DNA from: Oscillospiraceae bacterium
GTDB taxonomy: Bacteria; Bacillota; Clostridia; Oscillospirales; Ruminococcaceae
NCBI GenBank assembly: GCA_035447605.1
Contig: DAOTHJ010000006.1
Location: 14,488 to 78,487, forward strand
Reading direction: 5' to 3'
DNA length: 64,000 bases
Both the position numbers and the translations under genes were made by a program. Of the stretch, positions 37,364 to 45,295 are shown piece after piece (the stretch's first letter is position 1; every line of letters starts with the position of its first letter). The notes below the pieces were generated by a model, which saw nothing but the letters and a program-made list of their open reading frames with translations, did no database searches and was not told the origin of the DNA.

Positions 37364-40300
37364 ACACGAAACTGGAACCCGGAGCAGCTTCAGGCGATCG
37401 AATCAAAGGGCGGCACGCTCCTCGTCTCCGCCGCGGCCGGCAGCGGAAAAACCGCCGTTCTGACCGAGCGCGTATTGCGGATGCTGACCGACGAAGAGCA
37501 TCCGGTCGACGCGGACCGCTTTCTCATCATGACCTTTACCCGCCTCGCCGCCGGAGAGATGAAAAATCGCATCACCGAGGCCCTTTCGGAAAAACTTGCG
37601 GAAAAGCCCGGCGATATCCGGCTTATCCGGCAGCAGATCCTGCTTGAAAAAATGCAGATCGGCACAATCGACGCCTTTTGCCTCAACCTCGTGCTGGAGC
37701 AGTTCGGCGCGCTGGGCATCTCGCCGCAGAGCCGCGTCGCCTCCGAAAAGGAACTCGGTATCCTAAAAAACGAGGCGCTCGCCGAGGTGATGGAGGAGAA
37801 GTATGCGGCGGAGGAACCCGGCTTTCTGGCGCTCAGCGAAACTCTCGGCGCCGGACGGGACGACTCCGACCTCGCCGACACCGTTCTTCGCCTTTACGAC
37901 TGGCTCCGCACGCAGCCGCACTACGGCGATTGGCTCGATTCGGTCCGCGGTTTATACAATCCGGATATTTCTATCGAAAATCACCCGTGGGGAAAGACTA
38001 TTTTGGCATACGCGGGCGAGGCGCTCCGGGACTGCGCGGAACAGGCGGAGTATGCGCTTTCGCTCGCGGGAAAAGACGAGGACGTCTTTTCTGCCTACGG
38101 GGCCGCGCTCTGCTCGGATTCGGAGATCCTGAAAAAGCTTGTTGATCTTGCGGAAAACGGCGGCTGGGACGAGCTGCGCGGCGCTCTGCAAAATGTGAGC
38201 TGGCAAAGGCTCGGCTCGCTGCGCGGCTACGACGGTACGGTCGGACCGCGCGCCAAGGAGATCCGCGACGGGTATAAAAAGACGGTTTCGGACCTTGCAA
38301 AAAAACAGTTTTTCGCCTCGGAGCAGAATTTCCGTGACGACGTCGCCATGCTCGCGCCGCTCGCAGAGGATCTCTTCTCCCTGACGATGGAATTCGACCG
38401 GCGCTATTCCGACAAGAAGCGCGAGAACCTGCTTCTCGATTACGCCGACCTCGAACACTTCACGCTCGGGCTGCTGACGGAGAAGGACGGCGCCGGCCGA
38501 TATATCCCGACGGCGGCGGCAAGGGAGATCTCCGCCCGCTATGAGTATATCCTTGTCGACGAATGTCAGGACATCAACGCCGCGCAGGACGCCGTCTTCC
38601 GCGCGCTCTCCCGGCACGGGGAGAACCTTTTCTACGTCGGCGACGTGAAGCAGAGCATCTACCGCTTCCGTCAGGCGATGCCTGAACTCTTCCTCCAAAA
38701 AAGGAACTCGTGGCCCACCTTCGACGGCAGCGCCTATCCCGCCGTCGTCACGCTGGGACGCAACTACCGCAGCCGGAAGGATATTGCCGGCGCGGTCAAC
38801 TTTCTGTTCTCGCAGATCATGACGGAGGCGGCCGCGGAGATGGATTACGGCCCCGGGGACCGGCTGATCGCCTCCGCGGAATACCCGGAGGACGACCTCA
38901 CCCGCTGCGAGCTGCTGCTCGCGGAGACCGACGCGGAAAATGAAAAATACCCGGACGCCGAGGCCGAAGCCATCGCGGAAAAGATCGCCGCGATGGTCAA
39001 AGCGGGCGTGACCGTGAAGGACGGCGAGAGCCTGCGCCCGGCCGGATACTCGGATTTCTGCGTCCTGCTGCGCGCCATGAAGGGCCGGGGCGACCGTTTC
39101 GCCGAGGCGCTGCGGAAACGCGGTATCGGCGTGCGGTGCGAGCGCTCCGAGGGTTTCTTCTCAAGGCCCGAGATTGCCGCCGTAATGGACGTGCTGCGTG
39201 CTATCGATAATCCGCTGCTCGATCTCCCGCTCGCGGGCGCGATGCTCTCCGAGATGTTTCTCTTCACGCCGGACGACCTCGCGCGGATCCGGCTCAAGGG
39301 CAGAACGCTCCCGTTTTTCCGCGCCGTGAAACTGGCGGCGGAGGACGGCGACGAAAAGTGCGCCCGGTTTCTGGATTTTCTCTCGGAGATGCGGACCTAT
39401 GCCGCCTGTGAAAGCTCCGACGCCGTATTGGAGCGCATCTACGAAAAAACGCAGTTCCCCGGCATCATGCGCGCCGGAGAAAACGGCGAGGCGAAACTCG
39501 CAAATCTGCGCCTGCTGGTCCGCTACGCCTCCGAGCGGGAGGCCGCGGGCTGGAAGGGCATCTTCGGCTTCCTGCGCTTCGCCGACCGGCTGATTGAAAA
39601 GGACGACGACCTCGAGCCGGCCGGGCAGGCCTCTCAGAGCGGCGGCGCGGTGCGGATCATGACCGTCCATGGCGCGAAAGGGCTTGAGTTCCCGATCGTA
39701 TTTTTCAGCGCCGCCGGGCGAAAATTCCATAACGATAACCGCGTGGACCGGCCCGCCGTCCATCCGACGCTCGGTTTTGCCTGCGCCGGACGGGATGAGA
39801 CGACCGGCCTGCGCTACAAGACGGTGCCGCAGCAGGCGCTGGGCCTTGCCTTGAAGAAAAGCTCCCTTGCCGAGGAAATGCGCATCCTCTACGTCGCGCT
39901 GACGCGGGCGAAGGAACGGCTGATCATCACCGGCGCCGTGCCGAATGCGGCGGATTATCTCTCCGGGCTTGCCTCCGGCGCACGGGCCGAGGAGCGGCTC
40001 GGCACCTTTACGGTGACGAATGCAAAATCCCCGCTCGACTGGGTCTGCACCGCGCTGCTTCGGCATCCGGATGCGGTGGAATTCCGCATGCTCGCGGGCC
40101 TTTCCGACCTCGAACCCCTGCCGGACGACACCCGGTGGGTCTTCTCCGTGCGGCAGCCGGGTGGCTTGGAGGAACCGGAGGAAACGGCCGCCGAAGCTCT
40201 TTCTCCGGAACCGGACCGCGCTTTGCTCATGCTGCTGGAAGAACGCGCGGCGTGGGCCTATCCCTATGCCGTCTCCGCGTCGATTCCGGCAAAGAAGGGC

Positions 40301-40870
40301 GTCTCCGAGCTCACGCACGGCGAACTTTACGAACAGACGCGCTTCTCGGCGAGACCGACGCACGGCGTCCTCTCCGGTGCGGAACGCGGTACGGCGCTGC
40401 ATGCCTTCATGGAATTCGCCGACTTTGAAAAGGCGGAGCGTTCCGTGGAGGAGGAGCGGAAGCGTCTGGCGGATTTCGGCTTCCTGACGGCCAAACAGGC
40501 CTCCGCCGTCGATCCCGCAAAACTGCGCGCCTTTTTCCAAAGCGGGCTTTATCAGCGGATCAAGGCTTCGCCCCGGGTGCTGCGCGAATACCGCTTCATG
40601 CAGGATATTCCGGCAAAGGAGCTCGGCTACGAGGCCGTGGAGGAGATGATCACCGTGCAGGGCGTCGCGGACTGCATTTTTGAAGAAAACGGCGGGCTCT
40701 ATATTCTCGACTACAAGACCGACTACACGGACCGGATCGAAACCCTTGGCGAACTTTATGGCGACCAGCTCCGGCTGTATAAAAAGCTGCTGGCCCTCTC
40801 GATGGGCAGAGAGGCCGCCGGGCTTCTCATCTGGTCCTTCCACTTCGGCCGGGAACTTGCGGTGGAATAA
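37358..40870 (+). CDS. addA: Helicase-nuclease AddAB, subunit AddA
   Basis: N-terminal UvrD-type helicase (..LLVSAAAGSGKT..) and a C-terminal nuclease domain (..GVADCIF..LYILDYKTD..). 1170 aa. Confidence 0.95.
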   Translation: MSTRNWNPEQLQAIESKGGTLLVSAAAGSGKTAVLTERVLRMLTDEEHPVDADRFLIMTFTRLAAGEMKNRITEALSEKLAEKPGDIRLIRQQILLEKMQIGTIDAFCLNLVLEQFGALGISPQSRVASEKELGILKNEALAEVMEEKYAAEEPGFLALSETLGAGRDDSDLADTVLRLYDWLRTQPHYGDWLDSVRGLYNPDISIENHPWGKTILAYAGEALRDCAEQAEYALSLAGKDEDVFSAYGAALCSDSEILKKLVDLAENGGWDELRGALQNVSWQRLGSLRGYDGTVGPRAKEIRDGYKKTVSDLAKKQFFASEQNFRDDVAMLAPLAEDLFSLTMEFDRRYSDKKRENLLLDYADLEHFTLGLLTEKDGAGRYIPTAAAREISARYEYILVDECQDINAAQDAVFRALSRHGENLFYVGDVKQSIYRFRQAMPELFLQKRNSWPTFDGSAYPAVVTLGRNYRSRKDIAGAVNFLFSQIMTEAAAEMDYGPGDRLIASAEYPEDDLTRCELLLAETDAENEKYPDAEAEAIAEKIAAMVKAGVTVKDGESLRPAGYSDFCVLLRAMKGRGDRFAEALRKRGIGVRCERSEGFFSRPEIAAVMDVLRAIDNPLLDLPLAGAMLSEMFLFTPDDLARIRLKGRTLPFFRAVKLAAEDGDEKCARFLDFLSEMRTYAACESSDAVLERIYEKTQFPGIMRAGENGEAKLANLRLLVRYASEREAAGWKGIFGFLRFADRLIEKDDDLEPAGQASQSGGAVRIMTVHGAKGLEFPIVFFSAAGRKFHNDNRVDRPAVHPTLGFACAGRDETTGLRYKTVPQQALGLALKKSSLAEEMRILYVALTRAKERLIITGAVPNAADYLSGLASGARAEERLGTFTVTNAKSPLDWVCTALLRHPDAVEFRMLAGLSDLEPLPDDTRWVFSVRQPGGLEEPEETAAEALSPEPDRALLMLLEERAAWAYPYAVSASIPAKKGVSELTHGELYEQTRFSARPTHGVLSGAERGTALHAFMEFADFEKAERSVEEERKRLADFGFLTAKQASAVDPAKLRAFFQSGLYQRIKASPRVLREYRFMQDIPAKELGYEAVEEMITVQGVADCIFEENGGLYILDYKTDYTDRIETLGELYGDQLRLYKKLLALSMGREAAGLLIWSFHFGRELAVE

Positions 40871-40885
40871 ATCCCACACCTCGGC

Positions 40886-40947
40886 GGCCGGCTCTGTTTG
40901 CCGGGGTTCGAATCCTCGTCGGGTAAGCGTGGAACAGAGCGCGCCGG
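40886..40947 (+). other. Long hairpin containing a tRNA T-arm-like motif (not a complete tRNA)
   Basis: cgggg-TTCGAAT-cctcg at 40902-40918, enclosed by an 8-bp stem gctctgtt (40891-98) / aacagagc (40933-40). No matching acceptor or anticodon arms. Confidence 0.3.
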
Positions 40948-41254
40948 AAAGCGGCGGGGGCTTTTTCCCCGCGGAGAATTCTTTTTGATTGCCCGCAGGG
41001 GCGGTCTCTTTTTTCCGGCAAAACGCTCCCGAACCTGATTTTTCTGGAAACTTTTTAAAAAAAGCTCGCTTTTTATGAAAATCGGCGCCTTCGGGATAGT
41101 GACTTTTTCTTTTATTTTTTATATAATTGATTTGCAAGCTGCGAAATGCGCTTTCCGGCTTCGGGAACCTCGGTTTCCGATCCCGGCAGCGGGACGGGTC
41201 CATTCAAACACAGCGAAAGCCTGAATTAAAATTTTGGGAAAGAGGGAAATTGTC

Positions 41255-41626
41255 ATGGCGTTTCTTGATAAGCTGAACGACCTTGCGAAAACTGCGGTCG
41301 ACAAGACCGGCAACGCGATCGAAAACGGAAAAATCAGCGTGAAGATCACCGGAGAGGAACGGAATATTGCCGCCGCCACCGCAAAAATCGGAGAATATTA
41401 CCTCGCAAAACTGGATGCGGGCGAAGTTCTGGATGATTCGGTCATGGAGATCTATGCCGAAATCGAGGAGCACCGCCGCAGCATCGAAGCCATGCGTGCG
41501 GAACTCGGCGGCCCGAAAAACGCCTCTGCCGCCCCCGCCGATGCCGGTGTGAAATTCTGCAAGGCATGCGGCGCCAAGGTTGCCCCCGGTACGAAATTCT
41601 GCCCGGAGTGCGGCGCCGAACAGTAA
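41255..41626 (+). CDS. Zinc-ribbon protein with N-terminal coiled-coil region
   Basis: 123 aa. The C-terminus FCKACGAKVAPGTKFCPECG is a classic zinc ribbon. Confidence 0.65.
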   Translation: MAFLDKLNDLAKTAVDKTGNAIENGKISVKITGEERNIAAATAKIGEYYLAKLDAGEVLDDSVMEIYAEIEEHRRSIEAMRAELGGPKNASAAPADAGVKFCKACGAKVAPGTKFCPECGAEQ

Positions 41627-41793
41627 AAGTTTAAAAAACAAATGGACGGAGAGGACGCCCGGCGCGCCCTCCCCGCCCGATTTTTTTGCGCCGTGGGAAG
41701 CGGATTCCTGGCTTTTTTTTGCAAAATGTGCCCGCCCCGGGCCTTTTTTGCGGGAAAACGCCTCAGGCAAAAAAGATTTTTTCGGCCCGACAC

Positions 41794-41822
41794 TTGACAG
41801 GAGCGGCATAGGCGGGTATAAT
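41794..41822 (+). promoter_or_regulatory. Consensus sigma-A promoter of the infC operon
   Basis: TTGACA (41794-41799), 17 nt, TATAAT (41817-41822). Confidence 0.75.
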
Positions 41823-41945
41823 TTTTTGTACAAGAAAGCAGAACGAACCGTTCTCACCTGCCCGCGGATGCGCGGCGGGTCAATCGTCCCGGTATTTATA
41901 CCGGATTGCGGTGCGCGGTCTTCTTGGACTGCGCGTTTTTTTATT
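41823..41945 (+). promoter_or_regulatory. infC-rpmI-rplT leader with terminator/attenuator (L20-leader-type candidate)
   Basis: About 120-nt leader with hairpins (ccggta-ttta-taccgg at 41889-41905) that ends in gcgcggtc/gactgcgc plus a T-run (41913-41942) just before the infC SD. Position matches the Firmicute L20 leader. The structure was not modelled. Confidence 0.5.
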
Positions 41946-41960
41946 TTGGAGGTGTTAGTC

Positions 41961-42479
41961 ATCGGCAAACAGGAACTGCTCATTAACGAAGAGATCCGCG
42001 ATAAAGAAATCCGCGTGATCGATTCCGACGGCAGCCAATTGGGTATTCTTTCGGCAAGAGAAGCGATGCAGATCGCAGCCGAAAAAAATCTGGATCTCGT
42101 GAAGATCGCCCCTCAGGCGACTCCGCCGGTCTGCCGCATCATGGATTACGGCAAATACCGCTTCGAACAGGCCAAACGTGAAAAAGAAGCGAAAAAGAAC
42201 CAGCATGTCATCGAGACCAAGGAAGTGCGCCTTTCCCTTAATATTGATACCAACGATTTCAACACAAAGCTCAACCGGGCGAAGAAATTCCTCGAGGACG
42301 GCGATAAGGTGAAGCTCTCGCTGCGTTTCCGCGGCAGAGAGATGACCCATACCGAGCTCGGGGCCGACCTTGTTCGGAAATTTTTGGATGAATGTGCGGA
42401 ATTGGGCGCCACAGACAAACCTGCCAAACTCGAGGGCAGAAGCCTTGTCGTCACCATCAACTCCAAGATACAGAAATAA
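41961..42479 (+). CDS. infC: Translation initiation factor IF-3 (non-canonical ATC start)
   Basis: IGKQELLINEEIRDKEIRVIDSDG...PPVCRIMDYGKYRFE... GGAGGTG SD 6 nt upstream of ATC at 41961. No in-frame ATG/GTG/TTG lies near the SD. Confidence 0.85.
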   Translation: MGKQELLINEEIRDKEIRVIDSDGSQLGILSAREAMQIAAEKNLDLVKIAPQATPPVCRIMDYGKYRFEQAKREKEAKKNQHVIETKEVRLSLNIDTNDFNTKLNRAKKFLEDGDKVKLSLRFRGREMTHTELGADLVRKFLDECAELGATDKPAKLEGRSLVVTINSKIQK

Positions 42480-42536
42480 CCCGCAGTACTCGTTTGATAT
42501 TTGCTTTTTGCAATCAATAATCAGGAGGAAAAAACA

Positions 42537-42749
42537 ATGGCCAACGCGAAACTGAAAACCCATACCGGGGCGAAGAAACGCTTCCGCTTCTCCAAAGACG
42601 GAAAAATCAAACGCAATAAAGCGTTTAAATCCCACAAGCTGAATTCCAGCATCAAGGACGCGAAACGTAAACGCAACCTTCGTCACGCCACCTATGCGGA
42701 TGCTACCAATATGGAAAAACTCAGAAAAATCATGCCTTACGGCGGCTGA
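42537..42749 (+). CDS. rpmI: 50S ribosomal protein L35
   Basis: MANAKLKTHTGAKKRFRFSKDGKIKRNKAFKSH... Confidence 0.9.
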   Translation: MANAKLKTHTGAKKRFRFSKDGKIKRNKAFKSHKLNSSIKDAKRKRNLRHATYADATNMEKLRKIMPYGG

Positions 42750-42804
42750 TGTTTTCCTAAAACAAACATCTATCTATTGAAAGATATAACGGAGGTAACT
42801 ACAA

Positions 42805-43158
42805 ATGGCTCGTGTTAAAGGCGGGATCATGTCCCATAAAAGAAGAAAGAAAATCTTAAAGCTTGCAAAAGGATACTTCCTTGGAAGAAGCAAGCTTTTC
42901 CGTACCGCAAAAGAAGCGGTTATGAAAACCGGACGCTATGCGTTCATCGGCAGAAAGCAGAAAAAGAGAGAATTCCGCCGTCTGTGGATCACCCGTATCT
43001 CCGCCGGCTGCAAGCTCAATCACACCAACTACTCCCAGTTTATGTATGGTCTCAAGAAAGCCGGCATCACCCTCAACCGCAAGATGCTCTCCGAGATTGC
43101 CATCCATGATCCGGAAGGCTTTACTGCCCTTGTAGAAAAAGCGAACATTGCGCTTTAA
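42805..43158 (+). CDS. rplT: 50S ribosomal protein L20
   Basis: [24 protein letters not shown]...[10 protein letters not shown]... Confidence 0.95.
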   Translation: MARVKGGIMSHKRRKKILKLAKGYFLGRSKLFRTAKEAVMKTGRYAFIGRKQKKREFRRLWITRISAGCKLNHTNYSQFMYGLKKAGITLNRKMLSEIAIHDPEGFTALVEKANIAL

Positions 43159-43290
43159 AAGCCGATCAGAACGCCCGGGTTTTTGAACTCGGGCGAATTG
43201 TTATAGTAAGGGACGGAGTCCGGAGGAATTTTTTTCCTTGAAGGGCTTTTCTTTAATCCTCTATTGTTGTTATAATATAAAGGAGGACCC

Positions 43291-44070
43291 ATGCCGATCA
43301 CAAGTCGTGAAAATCCGATGATCAAAGAGGCCGCCGCCCTGCTCAAAAGCAAACGAGCAAGGGAAGAAAACGGCCTTTTTCTGGCGGAAGGGGCCAGGCT
43401 CTGCGCCGAGGCCTCCCGGAGCGGCATCGCGGTCCGCCGCCTTTTCCTCACCGAAGAGGCGAAAGAAAAGTACCCGGATTATCTCCGGGATCTGATCCCG
43501 GCCGCGGCGGACGTGCAGGAAATCACGCCCCCGGTGGCGGAGAAGCTCTCCGATACAAAGACCCCTCAGGGCGTCTTCGCGGTCTGCGAATTTCCCGAGA
43601 ACCGGGCGGATTTCGACCGGGACGGCCTTTTCGTCGTGCTCGACGGGCTTCAGGATCCCGGCAACATCGGCACCATCCTGCGCACCTGCGACGCGATGGA
43701 CGTCCGCGGCGTGCTCCTTTGCGGGAGCGCGGACATCTGGTCGCCGAAGGTGCTGCGGGCGTCAATGGGATGCCTGTTCCGTCTGCCGGTCGCCGTCTTT
43801 GCCGACGCCGCGGAGGCCTTCTCCGCGCTGCACCGGTATGGCTGCACGGTTTTCGCGTCCACTCTTTCCGCAAATTCCGTTCCGCTCAATCAGGTTCACT
43901 TCCCGAAACGGAGCGCCGTCGTCATCGGCAACGAGGGCAGCGGCATCCCGGAGGAGGACCTCGCGCGGAGCGACGCCCTTGTCACTATTCCGATGCCCGG
44001 CAGAGCCGAGAGCCTCAACGCCGCCTCCGCCGCCGCCATCCTGATTTATTCCGCAGCCGCCGGCGGCTGA
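43291..44070 (+). CDS. TrmH/SpoU-family RNA 2'-O-methyltransferase (YsgA/RlmB-like)
   Basis: ..LDGLQDPGNIGTILRT.., ..VIGNEGSGI.., ..IPMPGRAESLNAASAAAI.. Follows rplT as in Bacillus. Confidence 0.85.
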   Translation: MPITSRENPMIKEAAALLKSKRAREENGLFLAEGARLCAEASRSGIAVRRLFLTEEAKEKYPDYLRDLIPAAADVQEITPPVAEKLSDTKTPQGVFAVCEFPENRADFDRDGLFVVLDGLQDPGNIGTILRTCDAMDVRGVLLCGSADIWSPKVLRASMGCLFRLPVAVFADAAEAFSALHRYGCTVFASTLSANSVPLNQVHFPKRSAVVIGNEGSGIPEEDLARSDALVTIPMPGRAESLNAASAAAILIYSAAAGG

Positions 44071-44098
44071 CGATCCTCAAAAGACTGGAGATGACAGC

Positions 44099-45262
44099 AT
44101 GAGCCTTCTTCATTGGATTTGGCTGAGCCTGATCCTTCCGCCCGGCAGTCCGAAGATCGACCGTGCTTTGGAATGCTTTCCGGACCCGGAGGAACTCTTC
44201 CTCGCCGGAAACGAGGGGGCGGCCGGGATTCCCGGCTTTGATTCCTCCGACCTCATCCGCATGCAGGCGACCAGCCTCGATCTTGCGGAAAAAGCGCTCG
44301 AACGCGCCGAAACCTACGGTGCAGGCGTGATGGCAAAGAACGATCCGGATTTTCCGGAGCGCCTGCTTCAAATTCCCGCCTGCCCCGCCGTTTTATATGT
44401 GTTGGGAGATCTCTCCGCGGCAAGGCGCCCGTGCGTGGCGCTGGTCGGCACCCGCTCGATGAGCGAGTACGGCAGAAAGGCGGCGGAGAGTCTGGGCAGA
44501 GGGCTCGGCGCCTCCGGCATCACCGTTGTCAGCGGCATGGCGAAAGGCATCGATACCGTATCGCACAAATCCTGCGTCGAGGCGGGCGGCAAAACAATCG
44601 CCGTGCAGGGCTGCGGCATCTGCAACACCTATCCGCCGGAAAACCGGGAGCTCAAGGAGATCATCGCGGCAAACGGAGCCGTCGTCAGCGAATTCGCCCC
44701 GGACGCCGCCTCCCAGTCCTCCTATTTCCCGATCCGCAACCGCATCATCTCCGGCCTCTCGCTCGGCGTCTGCGTCGTGGAGGCCGCCGCCCGCAGCGGA
44801 ACCTCGATCACCGCGAACTTTGCGCTCGAGCAGGGCCGCGACGTCTTTGCCGTACCGGCGGACGTCTTCCGCAGCACCTCGAAGGGCACCTTCCGTCTGC
44901 TGCGGCAGGGAGCGATCCCCGTCTCCTGCGCCGGGGACATCATCGAGGAGTACCGGCCGCTCTACGGCGACTTGCTCCGGCCCGAATCCGCGCACGAGGC
45001 ATCCGCCAAACCCTACCAGCCATCGGAGCAGCTCTGGCAGGAACCTTCCCGCGAGGACGGCCCCCGCTGGCGTGAGATGCCGGAGAATCTTTCCGACCAC
45101 GCACGGGCGGTTTATTCCATTCTTTCGAGGACGCCGCTCTTTGCGGACGACATCTCCTCCATGACCGGGCTTCCCGCCTCGGAGACCGCCGCCTCCTTGA
45201 CGGAGCTGGAGCTCTCCGGTCTTGTGAAACCGGTCTCCGGACGGAGATTCACCCTCGCATAA
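44099..45262 (+). CDS. dprA: DNA processing protein DprA (Smf)
   Basis: ..VALVGTRSMSEYG.., ..SGMAKGIDT.., ..FPIRNRIISGLS.. 387 aa. Confidence 0.9.
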   Translation: MSLLHWIWLSLILPPGSPKIDRALECFPDPEELFLAGNEGAAGIPGFDSSDLIRMQATSLDLAEKALERAETYGAGVMAKNDPDFPERLLQIPACPAVLYVLGDLSAARRPCVALVGTRSMSEYGRKAAESLGRGLGASGITVVSGMAKGIDTVSHKSCVEAGGKTIAVQGCGICNTYPPENRELKEIIAANGAVVSEFAPDAASQSSYFPIRNRIISGLSLGVCVVEAAARSGTSITANFALEQGRDVFAVPADVFRSTSKGTFRLLRQGAIPVSCAGDIIEEYRPLYGDLLRPESAHEASAKPYQPSEQLWQEPSREDGPRWREMPENLSDHARAVYSILSRTPLFADDISSMTGLPASETAASLTELELSGLVKPVSGRRFTLA

Positions 45263-45295
45263 ATTCCCAAAATTCATCACATCATCTGGATACAG

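Noticed and set aside
40886-40947. A genuine tRNA gene downstream of addA.
   Set aside because: Only a T-arm-like stem-loop is present. The 7 nt after it (tcgggta) have no complementary 5' acceptor strand within about 80 nt upstream, and no anticodon or D arm can be drawn. It is kept only as a low-confidence structural oddity.
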